From positions 11,728,698 through 11,792,697 of the forward strand of contig OZ037765.1 of assembly GCA_964035545.1 (NCBI GenBank): DNA of 64,000 bases, given 5' to 3'. The notes beneath the pieces are model-generated. The model worked only from the letters and a program-made list of their open reading frames with translations, was not told the DNA's origin and made no database searches. Position 1 is the stretch's first letter. Every line of letters begins with the position of its first letter. Below are positions 48,130-60,800 of this stretch, piece after piece. A program made the position numbers and the translations under genes. This DNA comes from Bugula neritina. Its lineage: Eukaryota; Animalia; Bryozoa.

Positions 48130-49010
48130 TATAACTGTAACTGTAAGAAGTGTACTGATGTGACTTCGTTAATCTCACTACGAGCATCAGTATGACTATT
48201 ACTGACTATTACTATGATTATGAAGTAGGAGTTCAATTTTTATCATTATGAGTATAGCTATAACTACAACTAAAAGTCAAATTATAACTGCAATACTATA
48301 ACTATAAGTATAACTGTATAAGTATAAGCTAGGAAGTATCACTATTACTATTAGTATTAGTATTACTATTAGTGTTACTATTAATATGTGAAGTTTAAGT
48401 CAGTTATACTGATTGACTTTGAATGACATCAGGTTCAAAATCATACTCATAAGTCTCATACTGTACTGGCTCTGAGTATTAGATTTAGTATGACTATCAC
48501 CATCAATATGACTAGAAGTGACTATGAGTATCAGTACGACTATCAGTATGAGTATCACTATCGCTACGATTATCAATATCAACATGAAAACTGTAAGCAT
48601 AATCATAATGATAATTAAATTTAAAGGTTATCAATATTTATGATTATGGCTTAGCCTTAGGCTTATGTCAGTTGAGTTACGAGTATCATTATCAGCATGA
48701 GTATCAGTATCAGTATGAGTATGACATTAGTAATGGTATGGCTATGAGTATCAGTATCACTATCATATTCATACTCATAGTCATACTCATACTGACTATC
48801 ACTATGACTATCACTATCAGTGAGTACTGAGTATCAGTATGAGTATGACAGTATCAGTATGAGCAGCACAGTATGATTATGAGCATCATTCTATGTCTAT
48901 GAACCATGAGCACTATTTAGAGTCTGAAATATAACCACGATGACCACCATAATCATAATGATAATGATATTGTAATGGACAGTCACGGTAAGTATTATTA
49001 TTATAATGAT
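48130..49010. repeat. Low-complexity tract with hexamer periodicity (GAGTAT/CAGTAT/CACTAT)
   Basis: Visible degenerate 6-nt repeats, e.g. atgagtatcagtatcagtatgagtatgac. Confidence 0.8.
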
Positions 49011-50424
49011 ACTGTAGTTCATCAGAAATCACTTGATGCAGCACAAACTAGGGGTCACTAAGCGTAGTAGTTTGAGATCATCGAAGTTTGGACAATGGTG
49101 TGCAAATAGGCGCTGCAATCAGTGTGACTTCAAACTTTAGGCTGCATCTAACAACTTGTATAAAACTCGCTATGGGTGTGCAAGTCCAGGATGCGGCTGT
49201 TTTTCCGATAGTGCAAGGGGAAAAACTATTTGATTTGAGAATTACCCCCTCCCACTCAATTTCACGTATATTATAAGTTATTATACTTGTTCATCAAGGA
49301 ACTTATTATAGATTTATTTAACCCTTTGATTAAACTGAATCAAACCAGCTCAATGAAGTCACCCTCAAGTATAACATTTTATAGCTCAATTGGCAAATTT
49401 TATGCACTATAATTATAGACAATATATGGTTCAAAAGTGTTTGTCCTCACCCATCAAGTAATATGTAAAGATTTCTTATTACGGTGTAATACTGTAGTGG
49501 ATTTTGGAATGCATAAGTATTTGATGCATGTTATAATTCATATACAAGTTACAAACTTATGCAGTCCTTTTACTTATTTATAAGTGACTATCACTTTGTG
49601 TATTTTTATCAACCATCAAAAAATGTGTACCTGGTTAATATATCATATAAAAATCTTGGCTACATATATTTACAGCTTGTTATAGGCATAACATTTTTAT
49701 AGTCAGGATTGAGATTTGGAAGAAATTTTAGATATGTTTTTGGTTAGGTATTTTAAATATAGTTCTTTATTGGTAACAACACAAAACCTCATTACACAGT
49801 CTAACAGTTGTATTATTATTAGCTAAAAGTTTAGCTGCAACTTTTTAAAATCATATGCTATAATATAATATGTAATAAACTGTTTTAATTTGACTATTCA
49901 AGTAAGTTTTTAGCACTGTTGTAAAGAATGTACACAAATAAGCCACAGCATCTCTGACACTATTCAGGCAGAAATAAGATTTATCTGCAGTATGGTTTTC
50001 ATTACATTCTCAGGTTGTCTAATTGTAAGTACAGCTCATAACTTCCATAAATTAAATTAGTTTACTGTTAACAATTAATTAAATCTGATCATCTCAGAAT
50101 AGTTATTACCTGAAAGTGATAAACTTTCTTTATTTTTTGTTGTTGCCTGGCTTGTAACTGCTTATTACAGTTATAACTAGCTTCATATCTTTTACCTAGA
50201 GTCAATTTTTATTAATTTTCCTATATATTGCTATACACAGGAGCAAAACTCTGAAAGGATTGGAAGGATTGTAACAGTTTATGGCAACACAAGAGTTATC
50301 TTTCCTTTCTGTTTCCTATTGCAGCATTTGAGAAACCTCTCTTCTCCCAAGTTACTAGTCTCTACATTGATCAGCAGATAATTGCTCACGAGTGGTTGTA
50401 TAGAGGCAATATTAGCCACTCTTA

Positions 50425-50768
50425 GCCCAGGGCCACACTGTGCGTATTTTCGAATGCGAAAATTGAAACCACAAGTAGCAAAGGTGTCCGCTGTAGCGTC
50501 AGTGATGCGTGATAAATAAAGCTTTCATTTATAAATCGCATTCGCTTTCAATAAAACGCAATTTACTGGAATGTAGCACTAAAATAAAGAAATTGGGCTC
50601 GCTGAATAACTACCAGCCAATTAGGTGACGACGACAGAGACGATTCGCACTTGCGTTGAGAATGCTGAGCGACAAGTGCGAATGTTTTCTCAACGCGTAC
50701 AGTGGACACCTTTGCTACTTGTGATTTCAATTGTCGCATGCGAAAATACACACAGTGTGGCCCTAGGC
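50425..50768. mobile_element. PIF/Harbinger (Tourist)-like MITE
   Basis: About 70-bp imperfect TIRs GCCCAGGGCCACACTGTG.../...CACAGTGTGGCCCTAGGC flanked by TTA on both sides. Confidence 0.8.
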
Positions 50769-51158
50769 TTACATAGCAAAATTCTCTGCATTAGCATGGT
50801 CTAATATGATTTGGTTTTGCAAAATTTGATGCACAGCCGATTGGAAGTAACTTGAAATCCAATTTCAATTATTTTTGACCTACTTTATGCAAGAATACTT
50901 GAAAAGTTATACAATGTCACTCTAACGGCAAAGGTACAACATGGCTGAATTTTTATTGCTCATGATAAAGCAAAAGTGCTAACAACAAAATGACTGTGAG
51001 TTATAGTTACCATTCAAAGGTTGTAAATTATTTTAACTCACCTTATTACAAGTTTAGTAAGCTAGTATTTTCTATCAAAAATAGGCAAACACCTTTTAAA
51101 TAAGGCATTATTCTCAAAAAGCTCTAATGAGTCATTGCCGTTTTAAAATGGTCTGGAG

Positions 51159-51473
51159 CAGGGCTGCCCAACAGGAGGCACAGGGCCAGATGCGGCCCCA
51201 GTCTACATTTATGTGGCCCTCAAAGGCATAACAAATAAAATTATTTTTTACAGTACATATGGGTTACAGTGAAAAATGTAAATGCTACAAAACTTGCAGC
51301 CTGCAGTAATTGTTGGGACTTCATCATGTAATAATTCATAGGAATTTGGAATAAAGTATTTTGAAAATTACTAATGCTGTGACCCCAGTTCAAGCTAAAG
51401 TTTACAATGTGGCCCTCGTCACCTGATTCTTCCCTTTCAGTGGCCCCTGCTCTGTAAAGGTTGGACACTTCTG
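51159..51473. mobile_element. hAT (Charlie-like) MITE
   Basis: 8-bp TSD GTCTGGAG at 51151-51158 and 51474-51481; TIRs CAGGGCTGCCCAAC / GTTGGACACTTCTG; internal repeated TGGCCC motifs. Confidence 0.85.
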
Positions 51474-52609
51474 GTCTGGAGTATTTAACTATAGTTACAA
51501 AAAGCAAAAAATAAGAGGTGCATATAATAACAATTTCATAGCGATATCATATACCAAACAATGTAAATGATTCAACATTTTTTAAAATACTTGGATAGTG
51601 TCGTAAATTTGAAAATTAGACAGTGAGATTTTCGGCAAAGCAAGCTTTATATATATTTTGAAATTGCAGGCTAGTAAAAAATAAAGGACTGGATTCTTTA
51701 CACTTTACAGTTGAATACACACCTATAGACCTATAGTATGTAGGCAGTATCAATGGAGATTTTCATCTGAATAAGCAAGTTACTTATAATCAGTGCATAA
51801 TAGTATGGATTTTTTTTGTGCATTGCACTGTTCAAGACAAATCAATCGCTCAGCAAATTGTGCCACTATACAAAGACCATAAATTCAATATTTCAACAAT
51901 TTACAGCATATTATTATTGTTCAAGGGATCAGTACTATGTATGCATTTGTATAATTCTTGTAAACTTTACCTCCATTCAACAATAGTATTGTCTTCAAAT
52001 AGCCGGTGCAGATATTATCAATAGAACAATAACTATAACTATAATGAGTTTTAGTTATTGGTACATATCATTTGCATATTTACTTATACTTGAGCCAAAT
52101 AATCAGAGTAAAATATTAGTACAACACATTTCAGTATGAAGTTTCTGTAACAGGAACTTTTTTAGCAAAAGCTTGAATTGTCTGTTATTGGCTACCAATA
52201 TTCTTGTATGAATCAGTGCAGATAAAGAAGTAGGGGAGAAAAGTTAGCTGTATATTCACCTCACTCATAGTTTTTACTTTGCATGAAGATGCACATAACT
52301 TTCTATTTATTAACAAAATAATTTTTACAGTCTGTATATGGAATAAATATACGCTGTTGGCAATAAACAAAATCCTAGTCTGAGTTATATTGCAGCATGC
52401 GGTGCCTTACAACAATAGTGCTGTGTGTACAGTGTCATGCAAATGGCTTTGTTCAAACAGTAACATTGTAATGCTAATTTACGGGCCGCCTTAAAAGACA
52501 GTTTAAACATACCTGTATCACTATTGGCTGAATTATCACTAGGCAAGCCAACTGTATCTTTTATAACAACTTAGATAGTGCTGGCCAATCAACCCTGTGT
52601 CTGGAAAAG

Positions 52610-52619
52610 GGGAATTCCC
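52610..52619. promoter_or_regulatory. Palindromic NF-kappaB/Rel consensus site upstream of the IRF gene
   Basis: GGGAATTCCC matches GGGRNWYYCC exactly; ~370 bp before the ATG; TATA-like TATATATAAAG at ~52775. Confidence 0.55.
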
Positions 52620-52985
52620 TACAACAAAATTTTGCAGCCAAGTAAAATAGTTGGCTATTCAATAATCACAAGGAACTAAATTGTATGCTCCACTATTTTA
52701 GTCAATAGGCAAAGCTTATGTTCCCATATCTGAGTCAACAGCAAATCCAGGACAACCTAACACGCTTTGTGTAATATATATAAAGTGTATTCATGTCTCT
52801 AAAGAACATTCATATCAAAGTGAGGCTAGGGTGATAGCAAGTGATAACTTCTGTCAGCTATTAGTACAAGAGTATAACTATATATACACACTTTTAGATG
52901 CTGATAAAAGTCAGAGAATAGAGTTGGGCTACTTATTAGTTTTATTTTTAAATAGTTAGTTTGAGCTGTCAAGACACAACGCCAA

Positions 52986-55851
52986 ATGCCGAATTCTAAA
53001 CCTGAGAAAATGCGTATTCACGCTTGGTTAAAAAAAGTGGTCAATGATCCTACTTTTTCCACAGCTTTATGGTGGCACAAGCGTGAAAAAGGACTGCTCG
53101 CAATTCACTGGAAGCATGCTTCATATGATGATTATGATGCAACAGATTCTGCTTTGTTTAAGCAATGGGCTATTGACAACCGTAAGTAAAATTGATGGAA
53201 GTGCTGTCGTCTTGGTACAAGTAGGAACATGTAGCTATTTACAACTATGGATGGATATAGCTAGATAAATGTTGTGCCTAATCCCACTGTGGGTTCTGTC
53301 ATATTTTTGCATGAGAGATCAACATATGATATTTTAGTTATAATATTAACCTTATTCTTAAAGGCTGCAGTACTATTCCTGTACTAATTATGGTTATCTC
53401 TAAGGCTAATCTTATTTGAATGATAAACAGTATAGGATTTAGATGGCAAAAATGATGAATTTTGTTGCATGTTTTTCAGTTCTTATATAATCTTTGTTTG
53501 AGACTGATGAGCTATGCCAGTAATCGAGGGTGCATGATTTTTTGAGTAAGCTCTAGCTTGGTTTTCAAAACATGACATTATTGCTCAACAATCAATATTA
53601 TCTGATTATTACAGCCTATAGAATTATATTTATTTGGTATATAGAATATAGAAATCAATATTAATTATTATATTGCTTATAGTTATTGTTAGCTATAGAC
53701 TTAGAGTGCAATACAACTATAGTTTATCACAAACTCACTCTGCTTGCCTTGTTGAAACAAAACTATTTGTATAACTGTTCAACTTGTTTCTGGTTAAATA
53801 TCTTTTTATCTGTATTTTTATTTTGTTAAATATAACAAATATAACACCAAAACTATATATTATAACTAAGGAGTTGAGTTAGAAACCTAAGGTCAACTAT
53901 TTTTATCCACACAACTGAATGTTGCTATATCCAAGTTAACACTGTTAATACTTACACATTATGTAAGTTATTCATCAATCTTCCTAAAAGCCTATAGTAT
54001 CAATGACTATATATGGCCTGTTTGGATTTGCTAGAAATAATCCATATATTCAAATGTCGTTTTTAAATTCCAATCACTGTCATAAAGGGACATTTAACAA
54101 AAACTGTGACAGTTTTGTAATGTTTTACTTACTATGCAGACCGATATGATTTGGATGCTCAAGATTCACCAGAAGAACGCAAACGATGGAAGACCAACTT
54201 TAGATGTGCACTCCATAGTGCAACCGATATTAAAAAGATAGACACTTTGAGCGGTACCAGGATGAGAAAGCAATCCTACCGAGTATTCCAGCTGCTAGAA
54301 AAGCCAGATCCAGAAAAAGTTGTTCAGAGTAAGCTTAAAGTTGACTAATCCATTGCAATGTATACTGATAGTTATAAAACTCACCAACCCTGTGAGAAAC
54401 TCTGATTGTAAGGCTTTTTTTCTAAATTGGGCTCAGACCTTGTATCTAAAGTAGCACAGACGCAATTATAATTAGCTGTCCTTTTAACATCACCACCTGT
54501 CTTTAAACTTGACCCACTAACCTTGTGTTTAACCAGACCACAGGTGCTCCCTTTTACATTTAAAGATATACTTGTTCTACAACCTTTACTAGTGTTACTA
54601 GAAATTGGCTTGGTAAACAGAATTGTAACACTAACAATTCAAATATAAAGCAGTCCATATAGTAACATAGTTTCAACTTATTAGATCAAGTCAGTCTATA
54701 ATACTAGCTGCTAATGTGAGCTTTTCAAAATTCTTATCAGCCATAATATCTTTAGCCTTGTCATCAACTAAAGCCTTCAGTTTAGAAAACTCTAATACAA
54801 AATGACAATTGTTTACAGCAGTGTATAAGAGTATGCTACTTCATATTGCTCTCTGTTACAGAGAAGAAAAGTAACAGAGAGGCAGCTAAAAGCAAATTGA
54901 AACAAAAAGGCGAAAAACGATGTTATAGATCCAGGGTGAATAAATGACTATTTTTATATATTGAGTTTACTTATGTTTTTCATTGGCACTAAGAGCTAGA
55001 ATAAATTAAAACAATACACTGGTCAACTTCCAAAGCATGCAATAGAAAGTAATATTATACTAAATATATTATAAGGGATATCAGTTATACACTATAGTAT
55101 ACTAATATACATATCGTAATACAATATTGTAACTGGTACCTGTATAGAACACATAATATTCTATTCAGGAAGTTTCCAACACTGTATATAGCTATTACAT
55201 TCTATTTTTAAAGCTGAACAAATGTAGAAAGGAATGCAAGTCTGAGCCAAAAACTTTTGGAGAATCCTCAACAGAAAACACATTTTTCAAAAGCGAAGCA
55301 ACAAAGGTTAAAATCGAGCCCATTAATCCCCATTCCATGTATCGGTCTAGTGGTTCAAGTTTCAATGTAGAATCCGTAGACAAATATGACCAGGATGCAT
55401 CACTGCCTGCAACACTAGACGATCTTCATGAAGATGAAGCTTACTTCTCCTTTTCAGACTCCGCATCAGAAAATTCTCATGGTGGGTTGGTTGTAAAAAT
55501 ATACTCCTTGAAAGCTTGATTATTGAAATGAAGGTGAAACTACTTTAAACTTGACGGCAAAAACTGTTTAATTGGTACTTAATTGCGTAATGGTGAATTG
55601 AATTTGCTTTAGAAACCAGTTACAGCCCAGTTACCAAATCTGAGGCAGCCAGCAGCAATAGCTACTTTATTCCCCTTGCACCAGTGGAAACTATATTTCA
55701 CCAGCAACATCTTGAACATTTTCCTTCAACAACTGGAGAGTCTGAAATCTACACACAAGAATATTTTGAGATGGATACCGATGAAGGGGTAATGGAAGAA
55801 TATGCTACCACCAATGATACAGGCAATGTGAGTCAATATGAACTGCAGTAG
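52986..55851 (+). CDS. Interferon regulatory factor, IRF1/2-like
   Basis: Tryptophan-pentad DNA-binding domain: MRIHAWL, LWW, IHWKHAS, LFKQWA, RWKTNFRCALHS, YRVFQLL. Exons at about 52986-53181, 54140-54328, 54862-54935, 55214-55482 and 55613 onward; acidic C-terminus. The 3' end is uncertain: a GTGAGT donor at 55828 could add exons near 55962 and 56646. Confidence 0.88.
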
Positions 55852-57871
55852 TTTTTATTTTGAAAATGTTAGCTGAAATCTTTTATATTAGGAAAGTGTT
55901 GTTAAATATGAAAATAATATTAATTTATAGTCACAGTAATTTTCTTTGTATCTAATTCTAGTTGTACTTAGCATGTGGCCAATGGGGGACCAAAGTTAGT
56001 GAAGACTCATGCATTCATTCTCAGAACGTCATAACTGAATTTTACACTGATCACCAGAATTCACAACTAAGCTCTGCAATACATCAAGGTATTGTGGTTA
56101 CTAGAACAACCTGTTTAAGATACAATATACACAGTAAAAGTTTGAATTGTAAATATTTACATATATTGCTGCTTCATGCATAAGAAGTATGACTAGGGAA
56201 GGTGGAAATCGATTGAAGCAGCGCAAAGTTGGGTTTCTCGAGTTTGGATTTCAGACAACAATATTTATAGTTTATACAAACACTGCCCTTATTGCCTCAA
56301 ACTTTGTGCTGCATCTAGCGATTTCTGAGGTAGGTGCAGTAATGGAGACATTAAGAAAAGCCAATGTTCTAGATTAGAAACCTCAACCATGCCCAAAACC
56401 TAAATTTAACAAGAAAATGAACGTGCTTAAGCTATTTAAATTTTTTCATCACTGCCCCTAAATGGTACTACCTAAATACAAAAACAGATGTTCTGTATGA
56501 ATTCAAGAAAGGTTTATCCAACACCTAAAGATAAGCATTAGGTCACCCTACTACAGATAACTATGCTAAATCTAGACTATATTTAATTTAAGTTTCCAAG
56601 AACTGTTATCATTATTTGCTAGTAGATTTACGTTATAAATTTCAGATAAAAACTACTCTCTTACACCTCTATGATGAAATTTGACAGCCACTCAAGCTAT
56701 CGGCATTTTGGTTGCAAGTCTGAGATAAAGCTACCTTGACCTTAAGCCTATGAACCAATTCTTTTGGAGAATTGAACTGGATGTAAATCAAAAGTAGTTT
56801 TTTTGTATGTAGAGTGAGTGATATTAAAGTATTTCATAAAGCCTCCAGTGCTAGTTTCAATTGTGTGTCAAAGGAACATGCATACCAGGAATACAACATG
56901 TAATATAGTATCTGTAAATATGATTATAAATATTTAAGCATGCCAGGTTATTCATTTATACTAAATAAAAGTTACACCCTTGAATAATGGCCTGTTTTTT
57001 CTGAGCACATCTTTGATCCATCAAAAAACTTTATTTTCTGAAAGGTGCTGTGCTAGTTTGGATGCAGCGCTAGTTGGGATGCAAATATCTTGTGGATATT
57101 CCACAACATTACTGGGAAAAAACTAGTAAATCCCCAACACACAAGTTGCATCTTCCTTCGGAAAAACATTTTTCCATAATAGCCTACTTGGGTATTGAGA
57201 TGAGTCAACAAGGAAGTTTCCAGGGGCAATGGAAAACCCGCCTTGTAGCTATTGGGATTTCGTATGATGCAATAATAGCTAGCACTAACCGTGCTAGTAT
57301 AAACACTGTTGTAGTTATTCTGGATCGGTGCCAAATATTGCGAAATAACGCTATTCTAGTTATAGAGTAGAAGTTGAACTGGCATTCATTAGTTTGACAA
57401 ATGTTGGCCGTAGACGGAACCTTTCTGACAGCTATGCAGTAGAACACTGTTGAAGTTATTTATTATTTCATGACAGAGGTATGAGGAACTTTTATACAAA
57501 AAAGCTGCAACAGCTGTAGCTCACAAACATTTCCTAATAATTGAGTTACATTACTTGCCTTCTAAAAGTAATGCAGATGACTACCAGCAAAGTATTAGTA
57601 ACCATTATAAAAATAATGAAAACTAAGCTTGCTTAAATTTGTGACTCGCATTAACACTGAGTACAGACTGTACAATTCAACATAAGTTTTGCACTGACTG
57701 TGCTATTAAATTATTCCTCCCACAGTTAAAATATAAAAATTAGCTATCGGCAGCACAATATTATACTAGTAAGTTACATCAACTAACTGCTCCTACCAAC
57801 TGTATCAGATTTTGGGAAACTTTTCAAATTATTTTCACCAATGCAAGCATTAACTAGCCATTAAATTAATA

Positions 57872-60800
57872 TCAGTCAAATTTAATTTTCTTGTTCTGTG
57901 GCTGAGAATAATTGTCTCTCTGAAATGATCTTTTAAACCCTCCATATCCATTAGCCCTGGGACCTTTCGATGGTGCATAACCAGATGGTGGTATGTAGGA
58001 CTTCAGCTGAGGCAGTTCTTTTGCCTTGACTATACTGTCGCTTTTACCTTCAAAAAGTAAACTGGCCTCATATTTTGCAGAATCTTCTTGAGACAGATCA
58101 AATGCAGCTCCCTACAAAATAACAAAATGTAAGCCATCTTCTGCTATATATTATTTGGCTGCTTCAACTTGCATTCAATGTATAACTTTGTATAGGAACA
58201 CTTATTATACCTTCATATCATTGGTCAGTGTTAGATTGTTTATGGAGCCGGAGATATCTGGGCATCTGTTGTTCAACACATTGTACACATAACCCTTAAA
58301 ACGCATTGTTGCTGTCGTTGTATACAGATAAGTCACAAAACCCTGAAAGAACAGTTACAGCACTACAACAGTCCATAGCAATGTAATATACCACCTGTCA
58401 CTGATTGTTGTTATCCACCAAAAGCTTTTACCAATGTCCGTTTATAACTGAAAACACACAAATGACTAGATAATGTAAGGTAAGAGCTGAATAAGTACTT
58501 ATCACAAAGTCAACAACCTAATTTCTTAGAATACTATAAGATCAACTTATATCACAAACTTGCTAGTCAGATTGCTCATAGTATGGAAAGCAAAATGTTA
58601 AAATTCATCACGCAAGTAGCAAAAAACATTCAAAATATGATGCCAAACAAACCTCTCTTGAATTGATAAGCGATTGGTGCTTAACTTTGGTATTGCCAGT
58701 GGCAATAGCAATGAGCATAGCTGCAGTTTCTACTGGCCCTCTAGCACTTATCAATTCCTCAGCTGTTTCTCGGAATTTGTCGATAATCTCTCCGTCTATC
58801 TGCCCCATGGAACTATTTAGATAAAACTTGCTAAATTATTAAAAGATCTTCGCGCAATCAAAGTGTTTTAAAAGTAGTCAACAATATAAAAGCAAGCACT
58901 CACAACATTTTAGATAAAAATAACAGACAGTATTTACAGTTAAACATCTGATGCTAAAAAGATCATGATCAAACACCAACTTGATTATTTCTTTTATTCC
59001 TCTTGATGCCAGCTGGTCATGGGATGGTAAATTCACTCTCTCAAAAGACATTCTCTGAAAATAGAAATAATAAGATACAATAATAATGCCATTACAAATT
59101 TAGTGCAGATTCGAGTGTAAAGAGTAATAACTCACGGCAGCTCGCTCCACCCGGAACAGATCACCTTCATTTTTTGGACTGTACAAGCAGATGGATATGC
59201 CAGATTTACCAGCTCTTCCTGTACGACCAGACCGGTGAATATACGACTCTATATCCTAACAAAGGGAAGGAAATCAATGTATTCAAATTTATATTCACAT
59301 TCAATACTCAATATTAATTCAAGTTAAGGAAAGTAGTCTAAAAGACTAGGTAAATAAAAGTTAAAAGATTAGTCAATAGTCACTATTGACATAATGATTC
59401 ACACATTGAATGCACATACATTGCTGGTAGTCTAAAACAAATTGCTTTCCTACAAGGAACTAAATGCCAGGGCATTGATGACTTTATTTGAACAATAAAC
59501 GCTAGTTTGATGATGAGCTCATTCACTCAAGCAGTTGTGACTCATATGTGACTCAAGGCAAGCCTGACAATTTATCTAATGAAGATATGAAACTGTCTAG
59601 CATATGTATATACTTTACCGTAGGGGGATTGGTCTGTATTACCACATCAACTTCCTTTATATCAAGGCCTCTAGCTGCTACATTGGTTGTGATAAGTACC
59701 TTGACAGAACCGGCTCTGAATTGCTGTAAAATAACAATTATATTTTCTGAACTTTTCTGTTCATCTGGTTATACACGATGGGGCCTCAAAGCAACTTTCA
59801 AAAATCCATGACCTACAGCTCACTCAAATATCAGCAAGACCTGAGAAAAGTAGAAATGTAAAACCTCTTACTGCTAAAACACTTTCACGTGAAGCTTGCT
59901 TGACATCACCATGCAATTTTTCTTTATTTTGTTTAATATCTGGACACATGGCTAATTCATCTACATCCCTCTTGGTTTCACAGAAAACCATTACCCTGCC
60001 AGATTCACCACTGTAAAACTGTATTATTCTACTTATATCTGAAGCTCGGTCGGAATAGTAAGATCTTATGGCTAGATGCTACAAAAGACATGAAGTGTGT
60101 CACCTGAATGACAGTAAACACAACAGCTGTGTTTGGCCCGGACTTTTGCTGACCTGATTTGAAACATCATTATTCAGCTAAAAATACTAAAATGTCATGG
60201 ACAGTGTTTATGCTAGCAAACATAGATATGTAAATATTGAAAGTCTACTGTACTTAAACACATCTTATCTCATTTGCTCAGATAAAGCTTTTTTTGCGAT
60301 TCCAATTGCCAAGTCATAAAATGATAAACTGATTGTGATGTAATAAGGCAGCTATGATACTTAAACAATTCAATAAGGCCAACAGTAGCGTTTTAGATAG
60401 GTTGGCACAGATAGTGAATGGCAAACATTAATTTAGTAGAAAATAATATGTTATGGAAACACACCTTGACATTCTTTGCTGTTTGATTCACAGAGTTGCC
60501 CACAAGGTCTATAACTGGAGGCATCGTTAGCATGTACTTGGCTGCCGTTTTCTTCACCCAATCAGGTAACGTTGCAGAAAAAAACAAGGTTTGTGGTTGT
60601 TTGTCCGCATCTCCTATAAAGAAGGAATTTAAAACAGACAACTATAAATAAATATCAAAGATTTTGTTAGAGTGTTGTGAAGACTGGTGGAAAAAAGTCA
60701 ATATGAACAGAAAAGCAAGACCACTTTATATTCTCAACATATAAAAACTGTCAAGGTAAAATTTCAATTCACACTTTTATAGCACTAAGAATACATATTC

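Noticed and set aside
58561-58615. Box C (GTGATGA) / box D (CTGA) pair on the sense strand of a DDX21 intron
   Set aside because: Only ~45 nt from C to D and no convincing rRNA-complementary guide; a snoRNA search would be needed to revive it.
59505-59570. TGATGA...CTGA snoRNA-like motif
   Set aside because: Antisense to the host gene and no recognisable guide.
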